The position numbers were made by a program, and so were the translations under genes. DNA of 63,490 bases, filler included, from Octopus bimaculoides (taxonomy: Eukaryota): NCBI RefSeq assembly GCF_001194135.2. It is 4 parts of 4 records of this genome, joined end to end, with 100 filler letters (N's around TTAATTAATTAA, not from the genome) between each part and the next. Parts side by side here need not be neighbours in the genome. Positions count along the whole stretch, not along the records: positions 1 to 31,152 come from NC_068983.1; 3 more parts are not named here. The stretch is one strand, 5' to 3'. The notes beneath the pieces were generated by a model. It had not been told where the DNA came from, searched no databases, and was given only the letters and a program-made list of their open reading frames with translations. This document shows positions 13,718 through 27,022 of the stretch, piece by piece; positions within the stretch are counted from its first letter, which is position 1, and every line of letters starts with the position of its first letter.

Positions 13718-15098
13718 GTGTTCCAAAATATTTGAGCAAAGATGGAAAGATAGAAAGTACGTAAGAGCATGTTTGGTGTGCTGGCCAGGTGATTAGAAGA
13801 TTTGGTCACAGTCTTGTCACAAGATTAGCGCCAGGTTCTGTCTAAAGATTAATGCAACATCCAAATAGCGAAATTGACTCATACAAACACACATATACAC
13901 AAATGTACGTATGTATGTCATTCAGTTTTATTTCAAGATTGTTTTGTCAATGGAGAAAGAACCGGTTTCTAACCGAGACCCAGGCCTCCTTCATTAGAAT
14001 TTCAAGAAGATCAACAGGGTATGTATGTATGCATGTATGTATGTATGTATGTCTGTATATGTGTGTGTATGTATGTATGTATTTATGAAAGTCTCTAGTA
14101 TTTTTGATTATTTAAATTCCTCCGCGAAAGAAATTAGTTTCTAACAAAGATGCGAACCTTCATCATTCGAATGTAGATAAAAAATATCCCGTGTTTCTCT
14201 ATATGTATGTATGTATGCATGTATGTATGTATGTTATCAATCAGTTTCATTNNNNNNNNNNNNNNNNNNNNNNNNNNNNNNNNNNNNNNNNNNNNNNNNN
14301 NNNNNNNNNNNNNNNNNNNNNNNNNNNNNNNNNNNNNNNNNNNNNNNNNNNNNNNNNNNNNNNNNNNNNNNNNNNNNNNNNNNNNNNNNNNNNNNNNNNN
14401 NNNNNNNNNNNNNNNNNNNNNNNNNNNNNNNNNNNNNNNNNNNNNNNNNNNNNNNNNNNNNNNNNNNNNNNNNNNNNNNNNNNNNNNNNNNNNNNNNNNN
14501 NNNNNNNNNNNNNNNNNNNNNNNNNNNNNNNNNNNNNNNNNNNNNNNNNNNNNNNNNNNNNNNNNNNNNNNNNNNNNNNNNNNNNNNNNNNNNNNNNNNN
14601 NNNNNNNNNNNNNNNNNNNNNNNNNNNNNNNNNNNNNNNNNNNNNNNNNNNNNNNNNNNNNNNNNNNNNNNNNNNNNNNNNNNNNNNNNNNNNNNNNNNN
14701 NNNNNNNNNNNNNNNNNNNNNNNNNNNNNNNNNNNNNNNNNNNNNNNNNNNNNNNNNNNNNNNNNNNNNNNNNNNNNNNNNNNNNNNNNNNNNNNNNNNN
14801 NNNNNNNNNNNNNNNNNNNNNNNNNNNNNNNNNNNNNNNNNNNNNNNNNNNNNNNNNNNNNNNNNNNNNNNNNNNNNNNNNNNNNNNNNNNNNNNNNNNN
14901 NNNNNNNNNNNNNNNNNNNNNNNNNNNNNNNNNNNNNNNNNNNNNNNNNNNNNNNNNNNNNNNNNNNNNNNNNNNNNNNNNNNNNNNNNNNNNNNNNNNN
15001 NNNNNNNNNNNNNTAAATATATATGTGTGTGTGTGTATATATATAATGGATTCTCTCGTCGTGAGCGACAAATAAAGGTTCAGAAAATAAGCTGGTAA

Positions 15099-15560
15099 TC
15101 ATGTTCTATGGACATGCATGTGTCTCATGAGGCCTGCTGGTGCCTTGCAAACTTTTTGCCAAATAAAACAAGTTGAGGATTCAGTTTGCTCGAGTGTTTG
15201 TGGATCATTTGCTATGTGTTCCCTTGTGTGCACGGCAAGACCTGCTTTGCCCCGTGCCACTAAACTCCGTGCCAATGATGAGTAAGGTTTTCATTTAGAG
15301 GAGTGGTATTTTACCAGAGTGCCTTCATGCTTGCACGAAGTCGGTACCGATACGGGAGTCGACTTTACGCAAATCTTTGAACTGAGTAATAACAGGTCCT
15401 GTATTCTGATGCTTTGTTTTCAGGAAGAAAAGGGAATGTTGCATCGCTTCAGACTCTTCTAGTTTGTCTTCGAAGCGCAAGAGTGGCTTTCCAAATAGCC
15501 TTCCTGTTGGGAATTAGCTAAAAAGAAGTTTTTTTCGGAATAGTCATATACTCATGGACA
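15099..15560 (-). mobile_element. RTE-clade LINE 3' end (decayed ORF C-terminus with zinc-finger-like motifs)
   Basis: Translates IPKKLLFS..GRLFGKPLLRFEDKL/KSLKRCNIP..ASEYRT and KAGLAVHTREH..CFIWQKVCKAPAGLMRHMHVHRT*, typical of the RTE C-terminus. Confidence 0.75.
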
Positions 15561-15751
15561 AACATGTATGTATGTATGTATGTATGTATGTATGTATGTA
15601 TGTATGTATGCATGTATGCACATATATATATATATGGTGTTGATGAGACTGCTTTGTCACTATTCTACAAAGTTCCTTGAATTTCATTGATTACATAACA
15701 GCCAATCAACGATATTTATGACATCCGAAACTCTGAATATATAATATTTAT

Positions 15752-15849
<98 letters not shown>

Positions 15850-16269
15850 GCGTGTGCGTGTGTGTATGACGATTCTAAACGCTATCTTTGAAAGCGTGGC
15901 TAACAGTTTAGCCTACGACAATCTTTCTCCTGCTCAGTTTCTTCCTTTGTAACATCAATATCCTTTACTAGCATCTGGCAACCTTCCCTATTACGATGAT
16001 GTCATTGTATTCCGCTCCCATCTCACTCTCTCTCTCTCTCCCTTGCTCTTTGTCTGTCTGTCTGTCAGTCTGTCTGTCTGTCTATCTACCTGTCTCTCTC
16101 TCTCTATCTCTCTCTCTCTGATTATTTTTCAAGCACGTTGAAATGGCCTTTCGAGATTTCTTCGGAACATCCTCACACTTGAGATGTAAGTCATCTATCA
16201 AACAATAGATATTGGTGGTATATCACATAAGTTGTGTGGTGGCATGTCTCTTAGTGGTTTAGTGTCCAT

Positions 16270-16500
16270 TGGTGTGTGTGTGTGTTTGCGTCTACTTTTG
16301 TGCCTCACAACCGCTTGCCCTATGTTGGTATGCTTACGTCCCCGTATCTTAGCTTTTCGGCAAAAGAGACCGATAGAATAAGTACTAGGCTTAACAAAAA
16401 GGTACGTAGTGAAGACGAATCGTTCGACTAAAAATATTCTTCAAGGCAGCGCCCCAGCATGACCGCGGTCTAATGATAGAAAAAGCTGAAATATAAAATA
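16270..16500 (+). mobile_element. SINE family AB, 3' half
   Basis: cttacgtccccgtatcttagc..gagaccgatagaataagtactaggc..ggcagcgccccagcatgaccgcggtctaatga. Confidence 0.85.
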
Positions 16501-16639
16501 ATACATTACCATTATAATAAAGTTAACAAATAACACAGTTTGAGAAAGTAGGAATAATCGCAACAGAAATCTTGTTCTATATAAGTGTACTTAATTAAAG
16601 TGTGGTCTGAGTCAGAACAACAACATTAACAACAACACG

Positions 16640-16930
16640 ATATTCTTATTCTGCTGCTCCGTCGGTTACGACGACGAGTGTCCCAGTTGATCCGATCAAC
16701 GGAACAGCCTGCTCGTGTAATTAACGTGCAAGTGGCTGAGCACTCCACAGATACGTGTACCCTTAACGTCGTCCTCAGAGATATTCAGCGTGACCCATAG
16801 TGCGATAAGACTGGTCTTTCGAAATACAGGTACTACTCATTTTTGCCAGCTGAGTAAACTGCAGCAACGTGAAATAAAGTGTCTTCCTCGGGGACACAAC
16901 ACGTAACCGGGAATCGAACTCACGACCTTA
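16640..16930 (-). mobile_element. SINE family D
   Basis: Reverse complement of the 24735 copy: B-box gagttcgattccc, CORE-like box, gttgatcggatcaactgg tail. Confidence 0.85.
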
Positions 16931-17191
16931 CTATAATGATAAGAACAACAGCAACTACAACAACTTGCTAAACATCTCAGCTGCATTTCCATCAAATTAC
17001 ACCAACTGTACAGTCCCAGACATAGACAAATGAACAGAATACAATAGTAGCAGGTCTACATTTCTATCTGTATAATAGGCTCGATCATCACAACCTGCAA
17101 ACCCTTTGGTTCTATATCAGCTGGATGAGAGCTAACACTGTACTAAACAACAACAACCACGACGACGACAACAGCCACAACAACAACAACA

Positions 17192-18115
17192 ACTAGACGC
17201 AGGCGTGGGTGTGTGGAAAGACATTTGCTTCCCAACCGCATGGTCCCTGATTCTGTACCACTGAGAGGATCCTTGTGCAGGTGTCTTCTAATATAGCCTC
17301 GGGCCGACGAAAACCTTGTGAGCAAATTTGGCAGATGGAAACTGAAAGAAGTCCGTAGTGTATATATATATATATAAATAATAATAAAGGAGTTACGACG
17401 CAAAAACGTATAAATTCAAAAGAACATATTTATCTTCTTCAATATATATTTCAGTATAAAGAATTCATTAAGATGCTTAAATCAAAGTTTCTTTACACAT
17501 CATTCAGGAACAGATATAACATCAGAAAAAATACATTCCGTTTAAAAACACAAACCGTTCATGGCGAAAAAATTTCGACTTTCCCGTCGTTAGACAACAT
17601 ATGAGAGTTCGACAATTTCTTGCTGAACAACCACACAAATGATTTGTTTATAGTCATCAAATGTTTGTGGAGGCATAAGCTCACCCCCTTCATCAGATCG
17701 ACATTACCTGTACAGGTGCAACATGTCAGATGTCGAAATGATCGCAGAGCATCGAGGAATGAAGTGCTTTGCTCAAGAACACAATGCAACGCAACGCCCA
17801 GTCCGGGAATCGAACCACGACCTCGCAATCATGAGTGCAACACCTCAACCATATATATATATGTGTGAGTGTACACACACACAAACGAACACACACATAT
17901 GTATGCGTGTGTGTGTGTGTGCGTGTGTTTTTATATTAGTGTTTGTCACCCCCGCCACTTGACAACCGGGTGTTGGTGTGTTTACGTCCCTGTAACCTAG
18001 CCGTTCGGCACAAGACACCGATAGAATAAGTTACAGACTTCACACAAAAAATTGACTGCACAAAAAAATTGACATGGCTGTAGTCTAACGACTGAAACAA
18101 TTAAGAGATAAAGGA
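17192..18115 (+). mobile_element. SINE family AB split at its internal (TA)n by about 0.5 kb of other sequence
   Basis: tRNA/CORE-like head at 17192-17360, 3' half at 17870-18115. The intervening DNA contains a family D fragment (17740-17850) and a hammerhead-like remnant. Confidence 0.65.
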
Positions 18116-19139
18116 TATAGTAGAGCAACAACACTCATTTGACCCCTACATGGTGCATCGATGTGCTTCGTGGTTTATTTGTGGATAACTCTCACATATC
18201 ATAATTTCTGGCGAATGCAGGTGACAAGGAAAAGAAGCCCTATTCTAGGAGCTCTAACAATACTATAACCCAGTTGTCATGATTAACCACTGGCTGTACG
18301 TGGACAACTAAACTACATGAAAGTAATATCAATCGCACCAGGCTAAACCTCCGCCTATTTGCTTTGGTTCCTTATACATTAACCAATAAGGTTTTATACT
18401 CCGCAGTACCAATTACACTTGTTTCTTATAGATGAACATCCTACGTGTAAGAGGCCACCACTCTCCCATTCACTAAGGACGGAGAAGTTTCTTTCACGGA
18501 CCGATAGAACGAAAGAAAATGCGTTGTGACACAATGTTTATGTGAGTTATCATGGCAACTAGGCAATGGGGCTTGGGTTATTGAGTAAAATGTAAGCTAA
18601 TTGTGATTCGAGACGACGACAAAATTTGCAATGCTGGTTGAAACCATTTTTTATTGCTTATATAGGCCAAGTGGTTGGGGGATAGATTGGCAGGAACGTT
18701 AGAACAGCGGGCGCAATGCTTTCGATATTTAGTTGTTCTACTTTACATCCAAAGTTTAAATCCCGCCGAGGATTCACGGTCGCTCAAATTTCTGGATTTG
18801 TGTCTATATTAAAAATAGCTATGAAACCTAATGCTTCATAGAAATATGTGAATGTTACACTTTTTGTATGTTTTTAGGGACTGGAATAACACAGATCAGA
18901 ATTAGTTGCGGTTCCTCTGCATTCTGAGCTTAAATCTCGACGGAGAAGGAATCAGTCAACGGAAATACCACAATCGATATACATATATACACACATATAT
19001 ATTATTAATGTCATAAGAACTTAGAAACTTCAGAGAGAAAGTGAAATAATTATTTTATGGAACAGTGTAACTCGAAATAGATGAAGCTATAAAAAGAATT
19101 GCTATTAAATATTGGGTTCAAAACCCCGTTAGATAGGAG

Positions 19140-19212
19140 AGACCGAAGGCCGCAGTGTAACTCGAAATCATTTCTTCTCCTGACATGACGAACGTTTTAC
19201 CACTGGACCAAA
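19140..19212 (-). pseudogene. Decayed tRNA-like head (Asp/Glu-like), probably of a SINE
   Basis: Reverse complement gaccgttttggtccagtggtaaaacgttcgtcatgtcaggag..ttcgagttacactgcggcc: A-box-like motif, GTC at the anticodon position, degenerate B-box. Confidence 0.35.
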
Positions 19213-19852
19213 ACGGTCTCTCGAATTTCTTTTCCAGATTTGATGCTTTACTGTATGGTGTTGACATCATAAGAATTTAGAAAGAAGGTGAAATAATTCT
19301 CTTTTGAAACGGTGAATCTGGAAGCAGATAAAGATACAAATAACAGCGTGTAAACCTCGAATTAAAAATCACTTGGGATAGAAGTCGACGGCTGCCCGAG
19401 TGACTTGAACCAACATCTGTAAGCATAACAAACTAGTCCTGTTTAAATTGACTACTAGTTCTATTCTTTACCTAAGATTTCATTGATGGCCGAGTAGAAA
19501 TATCAACCTCCGCAATCTGCTAGGCATTGACCAACATAGTTTACTTCAGGGTTTCACTATAAACCCCTACTTCTATTTATTACATGTTCTGGACTAACTT
19601 AAAATAGAATTGAATTACTAGATCATTCTATAATGACAAGACATGACTCTCTCGTACATTACCACCACAACCAGTCGCCATTACTGTCACTAAAAAATAT
19701 TTTCTTCCATTGAAAGACCGTCAACACATTACCCATCCGGGATTTACGGCTTTTTCGTGTCTCCCTATAATACCACATAACACATATGAGTCAATAGTTC
19801 AGCATTGTGGCTTAATAAATCCATCATTCAGAGTTCAACAGTACTTTCATCT

Positions 19853-19901
<49 letters not shown>

Positions 19902-19933
19902 AACACATACACACATAAATGTGTGTATACCTC

Positions 19934-19970
<37 letters not shown>

Positions 19971-21094
19971 NNNNNNNNNNNNNNNNNNNNNNNNNNNNNN
20001 NNNNNNNNNNNNNNNNNNNNNNNNNNNNNNNNNNNNNNNNNNNNNNNNNNNNNNNNNNNNNNNNNNNNNNNNNNNNNNNNNNNNNNNNNNNNNNNNNNNN
20101 NNNNNNNNNNNNNNNNNNNNNNNNNNNNNNNNNNNNNNNNNNNNNNNNNNNNNNNNNNNNNNNNNNNNNNNNNNNNNNNNNNNNNNNNNNNNNNNNNNNN
20201 NNNNNNNNNNNNNNNNNNNNNNNNNNNNNNNNNNNNNNNNNNNNNNNNNNNNNNNNNNNNNNNNNNNNNNNNNNNNNNNNNNNNNNNNNNNNNNNNNNNN
20301 NNNNNNNNNNNNNNNNNNNNNNNNNNNNNNNNNNNNNNNNNNNNNNNNNNNNNNNNNNNNNNNNNNNNNNNNNNNNNNNNNNNNNNNNNNNNNNNNNNNN
20401 NNNNNNNNNNNNNNNNNNNNNNNNNNNNNNNNNNNNNNNNNNNNNNNNNNNNNNNNNNNNNNNNNNNNNNNNNNNNNNNNNNNNNNNNNNNNNNNNNNNN
20501 NNNNNNNNNNNNNNNNNNNNNNNNNNNNNNNNNNNNNNNNNNNNNNNNNNNNNNNNNNNNNNNNNNNNNNNNNNNNNNNNNNNNNNNNNNNNNNNNNNNN
20601 NNNNNNNNNNNNNNNNNNNNNNNNNNNNNNNNNNNNNNNNNNNNNNNNNNNNNNNNNNNNNNNNNNNNNNNNNNNNNNNNNNNNNNNNNNNNNNNAATAC
20701 TTTTTAAGAAAGTAAATATGTTTGGATATGACTTTGTCTTTGAGAAAAAACGTCCTTTTTATCATATTTTTTACATTCTTACCATTTAAATACGTGATAT
20801 TGTTACGTTGTTAAAACTAGGATAACGATAACAACACGTATTTAGTCATTTCCGCTTGTTTAATGGTTACTTTTATTTCGAGTTTGGACTTATAATTTTC
20901 GCTCTAATACGAGAAGTATAGCTTTATATATTTGTCAGGTACTTAGTTTTTGCTTACTGATGTTGATTTTCATGGGCTGTGTGGTTGTATTGTTTGTTGG
21001 CCATTCTGTTGGTTTAGTAAGTAAACAAAGGCAATTACCCCTGAGTCCTGAGACTGACGGCAAAAAGGGAATTTCAATCGGAAGACCTGGCACA

Positions 21095-21512
21095 AATATA
21101 CTATCAAATTCTTCCTAATTTTGGTACAAGGCCAGCATTATTTTTAGGAGAGGTGCCAAGTCGTTTATATCGACCTTAGTACTTGACTGGTATTTTATCT
21201 TATCCGTCCCGAAAGGATGGAAAGCAATGCTGGCCTAGAAGAAATACCACTAAGCATTTTGTCCGATGTCCTACGGATTCTGCCATTTCACTACCTTATT
21301 GTTACAAATTTTAGCACACGGTCAGCAATTTTAGTGGGTGGGTGTTAGTCGATTTGATCTACCCTCAACATTTTACTTTATTTTAGCAAACCTGAAAGAA
21401 TAAACTGCTGAAGAGACCTCTGCAGTATTTGAACTCAGGACGTGAAAAGCCAGGAGAAATTCCGCTGTACATTTAGTCCATGTTAATGATTTAGCCAGCT
21501 TGTCGCCTTACT
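21095..21512 (-). mobile_element. Two tandem decayed SINE family C copies
   Basis: Repeated ttttggtacaaggccagc..gtactt..gaaaggat..taagcatttt units. Confidence 0.7.
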
Positions 21513-21778
21513 TAAAGCAAATTGGACTCCACTAAATGCGTCTAAGAACCAGATGGTAGGGTTAATTCGGATGACAGATTTCATCAAAGTAGGCCGTGAT
21601 ATACAGGAATTCGAAATAAAGATGCAAACGGTTGAAACAAAGCCCTTTAAGCAAAATATCCGAACTTCTTACGATTTCATCGATCCATCTTCCAAGATTC
21701 TTAGTTTATTTATTACCTCGGGATGGTGAAAGGTAAAGTTGAACTAACAACACAACCAGAAGAAATACTATGTGTCTG

Positions 21779-21845
<67 letters not shown>

Positions 21846-24204
21846 GCATACGCACATGCACACGCACGTACACACACACACACACATAAACTTATATATG
21901 TGTATACAGATATACATTCGTCCGTCAATGCTTCCGTCATATATACATATATATATNNNNNNNNNNNNNNNNNNNNNNNNNNNNNNNNNNNNNNNNNNNN
22001 NNNNNNNNNNNNNNNNNNNNNNNNNNNNNNNNNNNNNNNNNNNNNNNNNNNNNNNNNNNNNNNNNNNNNNNNNNNNNNNNNNNNNNNNNNNNNNNNNNNN
22101 NNNNNNNNNNNNNNNNNNNNNNNNNNNNNNNNNNNNNNNNNNNNNNNNNNNNNNNNNNNNNNNNNNNNNNNNNNNNNNNNNNNNNNNNNNNNNNNNNNNN
22201 NNNNNNNNNNNNNNNNNNNNNNNNNNNNNNNNNNNNNNNNNNNNNNNNNNNNNNNNNNNNNNNNNNNNNNNNNNNNNNNNNNNNNNNNNNNNNNNNNNNN
22301 NNNNNNNNNNNNNNNNNNNNNNNNNNNNNNNNNNNNNNNNNNNNNNNNNNNNNNNNNNNNNNNNNNNNNNNNNNNNNNNNNNNNNNNNNNNNNNNNNNNN
22401 NNNNNNNNNNNNNNNNNNNNNNNNNNNNNNNNNNNNNNNNNNNNNNNNNNNNNNNNNNNNNNNNNNNNNNNNNNNNNNNNNNNNNNNNNNNNNNNNNNNN
22501 NNNNNNNNNNNNNNNNNNNNNNNNNNNNNNNNNNNNNNNNNNNNNNNNNNNNNNNNNNNNNNNNNNNNNNNNNNNNNNNNNNNNNNNNNNNNNNNNNNNN
22601 NNNNNNNNNNNNNNNNNNNNNNNNNNNNNNNNNNNNNNNNNNNNNNNNNNNNNNNNNNNNNNNNNNNNNNNNNNNNNNNNNNNNNNNNNNNNNNNNNNNN
22701 NNNNNNNNNNNNNNNNNNNNNNNNNNNNNNNNNNNNNNNNNNNNNNNNNNNNNNNNNNNNNNNNNNNNATATACGATGCGTGTGTGTGTTTACTCACTCG
22801 TATACATATGCACATATGAGAACCAAGGAAAAATTAAGTTTAAAGACAGTTCTTGAAAAGCAAAAGAGAAAAACTAACTAATAATTTTTTTTTTTTAAAT
22901 GTGTATTCCAGGACAATAAGGAAGCGACTTACTTTGTTAAGTCGATAGGATTAACGGAATGCAGAAATGAAATGAAATCAAAGAAAAGAGAAGAAGAGAA
23001 CAACAAGAAAAAGAACCGTAAGAGCAACTTCAACAACGAGAAGAATGCATCGTCTACAACAATAACAAGAACAGAAGAATATATGTGGAAAAGTGTTCGA
23101 GTATTCATTTACTGACACACGGTTGTATTGTGGGCATGTATGTGTATTCTTGTAGACATTTACACACAAACATAGTACACATACACGTACAGACATGGAC
23201 ATATAAACATACACTCACATATATATATGTTTATATGTACGCATATTTATATGTGTATGAATAGTTGTGTGTGTATAGGTATATACAAGTACATTTAAAT
23301 CTATGTGTGTGTGTGGTAGTGTATATGGGTATAAGTATATATGCGTATGTGTGTGTGTATGAATTCTTTATACTGAAATATATATTGAAGAAGATAAATA
23401 TGTTCTTTTGAATTTATACGTTTTTGCGTCGTAACTCCTTTATTATTATTTATATATATATATATNNNNNNNNNNNNNNNNNNNNNNNNNNNNNNNNNNN
23501 NNNNNNNNNNNNNNNNNNNNNNNNNNNNNNNNNNNNNNNNNNNNNNNNNNNNNNNNNNNNNNNNNNNNNNNNNNNNNNNNNNNNNNNNNNNNNNNNNNNN
23601 NNNNNNNNNNNNNNNNNNNNATATATATCTACAGACAGAAAATGGAACAGTCACACACACATAAATATGTACTCTGTGTGTGTCTGCATTAGTGTAATGT
23701 ATACATACACTCACGTATGTATACATACAATGTATATATGTATACATACATTCATATGTATACATATATATAGACATTTCAGTGGTGTATGTAGGTATGT
23801 GTGTGTGTGTGTTTGTGATGGGGGTGAGGGTGTGTTAAGGAAATATATCAGATGATTAATTCCCTTGTCACACAACAAGGTAAGTCTGAAGAATGTGAAT
23901 GTTGGACTGTTAGCAGTTGTGTCAACTGGATGGCAAGAAGGAATTAACAAAAGCTGGCATAGAATTTAAGAAATATGTACAAAGGACATCACTGCAACCT
24001 TTTCCGGACATTACTGAGTATAGTTCATGTTCGAGGAAAAATGCCGAATATAGGGTGGAATAATTATTAAAGTTAAATATTTTAATACGCGTATGCTGGT
24101 GCTTATCTACATCACAAACCAACGGTCAATAGATATCACGTTTAGCGATAAAATTCGGTGAATAATAACGTAAAAGACATAAATGTTTGTAACAGAAATG
24201 ACTT

Positions 24205-24545
24205 AAAGCATTAGTTTCAAAATTTGGCTCAAGGCCAGTATTTCGAAGGAGAGTGTTAGTGATAACATCAGCTGGTACTTAATTTATCGACTCCGAAAGG
24301 ATGAAAGGCAAAGTCGACCTCGGCGGAATTTGAAGTCGGAAACGTAAAGACGGACGAAATGTTGCTAAACATTTTCCTCGTTATGCTAAAGGATTCTCTC
24401 AGCTCGCCGCCATAACGACTTAGAATATTCCTTTCTACTATAGGCACAAGGCCTGAAATTTGGTGGTGGACGGGGCAGTCGATTAGATCGACCCCAGTAC
24501 GCAACTGGTACTTAATTTATCGAACCCGAGAGGATGAAACGCAAT
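24205..24545 (-). mobile_element. Two tandem SINE family C copies
   Basis: gaaaggatgaaaggcaaagtcgacctcggcggaatttgaa..; a second tail starts at about 24423. Confidence 0.8.
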
Positions 24546-24734
24546 ATACATTCTTGATTTAGTAAAGCCATCTCCGCTTCTAGAAGATGTATCACAAATA
24601 ACAAATAGCGATTGAAACCAACACCAACAGAGAAAAGGAGATAATCTCAAGTATCAAGATTTCTCCGAAGTTGACATGCCATTAAAGAAAAGATGGGTTC
24701 CAGATAAAAGAATGATACATACATGCGAAACGTG

Positions 24735-25235
24735 CGTGGCTTAGTGGCTAGGGTATTTGGTTTACGATCATAAAGCCGTGAGTTCGATTCCCGGCTGCAC
24801 GTTGTGTCTTTGAGCATGACACTTAATTTCTCGTTGGTCCAGTCCACTTAGCTGGCAAAAATGAGTTGTACTTGTAATTCAATGGACCAGTCTACTCACA
24901 CCATGTGTCACGCTGAATCTCTCTGAAGGTTACCTTAAGGCTGTTCATGTCTGCGGAGTGCTCAACCACTTGCACGTTAATTACACGAGCAGGTTGTTCC
25001 GTTGATCGGATCAACTGGAACACTTTATTTCTCATTTCTCCACTCCACTCAGCAAAAATGAGTTGCACCCGTAATTCAAAGGGCCAACCTTGTCACAATC
25101 ATCAGCTTTGTCATATTGAACCTCTCTGAGAACTACGTTATGGGTACGCATGTCCGTGGAGTACTCCACCAGTTAATTTCACGAGTAGGTTGTTCCGTTG
25201 ATCGGATCAATTGGAACACTCGTTGTCGTAATCCT
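24735..25235 (+). mobile_element. SINE family D, full copy followed by a headless second copy
   Basis: gcgtggcttagtggctagggtatt..gtgagttcgattccc..ttgtgtctttgagcatgacactt; the body repeats from about 25035. Confidence 0.85.
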
Positions 25236-25802
25236 TTGCTGTAAAACAGCAGATGTTAATAATCATTGCTATTCTCTTCGCACAGCAAAACAAACAACGC
25301 GATTGTCCTCACACGTTTTACGGTTTGTTTATCAGCTGGGCTGGAAATGACTCTACACATCGAGGCATAAGCAACGTAACCACATTCATATCCAAAATAA
25401 GTTTATGTGACTGATTACCAAAGGCCCATTCACCGACACACTACAAATATTAACACGCCGACGCGCTGTAAACATTTCCCTGCTTATTTTAGATCAACAA
25501 CAACAGCCCCTGATCTTCAGAACTAATTGTATGTAACCTTTACTAAGACGAACTCAATATATCCATCTCGTTTCATGTCATTTTTGGTGCGTCAGTCACC
25601 TGCCAGGTCGCGCATTTTATCCTATTCTTCTTGCCCCGAATGCCACTTATCCGAGGGTTTTATTTGGTTGGTTTATGTCGGTTTACGAATGATCAAGTTG
25701 TTTATAAACAATCTGTATAGATTTCGCCAGTTTTGTTAATCTTCTAAAATTCATGGCTTCTGCCCCTCCTCCAGACTAAATATATACACAAGCGCGCGCG
25801 CG

Positions 25803-25871
<69 letters not shown>

Positions 25872-26208
25872 NNNNNNNNNNNNNNNNNNNNNNNNNNNNN
25901 NNNNNNNNNNNNNNNNNNNNNNNNNNNNNNNNNNNNNNNNNNNNNNNNNNNNNNNNNNNNNNNNNNNNNNNNNNNNNNNNNNNNNNNNNNNNNNNNNNNN
26001 NNNNNNNNNNNNNNNNNNNNNNNNNNNNNNNNNNNNNNNNNNNNNNNNNNNNNNNNNNNNNNNNNNNNNNNNNNNNNNNNNNNNNNNNNNNNNNNNNNNN
26101 NNNNNNNNNNNNNNNNNNNNNNNNNNNNNNNNNNNNNNNNNNNNNNNNNNNNNNNNNNNNNNNNNNNNNNNNNNNNNNNNNNNNNNNNNNNNNNNNNNNN
26201 NNNNNNNN

Positions 26209-26246
<38 letters not shown>

Positions 26247-26248
<2 letters not shown>

Positions 26249-26412
26249 GACGGGATTCTTTCAGTTTCCGTCTACCAAATCCACTCACAAGGCTTTGGTC
26301 GGCCCGAGGCTATACTGGAAGACACTTGCCCAAGGTTCCACGGAGTGGGACTGAACACGGAGCCACATGGTTGGTAAACAAGCTACTTACTACACAGCCA
26401 CCCCTGTGCCTA
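26247..26412 (-). mobile_element. SINE family AB, 5' half (tRNA head and CORE-like box)
   Basis: Reverse complement ggggtggctgtgtagtaagtagcttg..gttcagtcccact..ccttgggcaagtgtctt..cgggccgaccaaagccttgtgagtggatttggtagacggaaactg. Confidence 0.85.
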
Positions 26413-26702
26413 TATATTATCGAATGTATGTAAGTTCGTCCTTTAATTGGAATCGTTTTCCAATATTTTCTCATGTCTTTTCTTCATACTTTACTTTCGA
26501 ATTTTCGTATATAAATTCTTATAAGTATGAAAGCTTGTATAGAAATAATCAGTATATGACAACCTATTAAACTTCAACAAATTCATTCATATTCATGCAA
26601 TGGATGTGATTAGATGTTAAAATGGATAGCAGTTTTTATTTTTCATGTTGCTATGCAGTTGTTTCGTACAAATGGTCTCACATATTCATAAATAGAATAT
26701 AT

Positions 26703-27022
26703 AGATCTAGTTTAAAACGGGGGCACCAGTTTTCATTAATGTTTTATGTAGTGTTTTTTGGTACCGAAAGACTTTCAAACTTCGTATACTTATCTATTTT
26801 GTGAACTCTATTCAGCTGAATAGCCGTCAGTGATTGGTTGAAATTACAGAAATACGACAACTTTAACATGGAATAACTTGCGAATTCCTTTTTTTTTTTT
26901 GTTAAGAAGACTAAGAGTAAAAGATGTTTTATATGACACATTCTACCAGTGTCCCAAGTTTCAAAGTGTTTCGTTAGTGTTTCGTTAAGAAAATACTGGT
27001 ACCCCCGTTTTAAACTAGATCC
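26703..27022. mobile_element. MITE with (G/A)GATC termini and 8-bp TSD (Merlin-like?)
   Basis: TIRs agatctagtttaaaacgggggcaccag / reverse complement ggatctagtttaaaacgggggtaccag; TSD GAATATAT at 26695-26702 and 27023-27030. Confidence 0.8.

Noticed and set aside
14134-15102. Long ORFs spanning N runs (also at 19710, 21723, 53327, 55986 and others)
   Set aside because: They are open only because N codons contain no stops.
18432-18541. AG...GTGAGT-bounded exon candidate
   Set aside because: Stops in all three frames and a weak exonic donor context.
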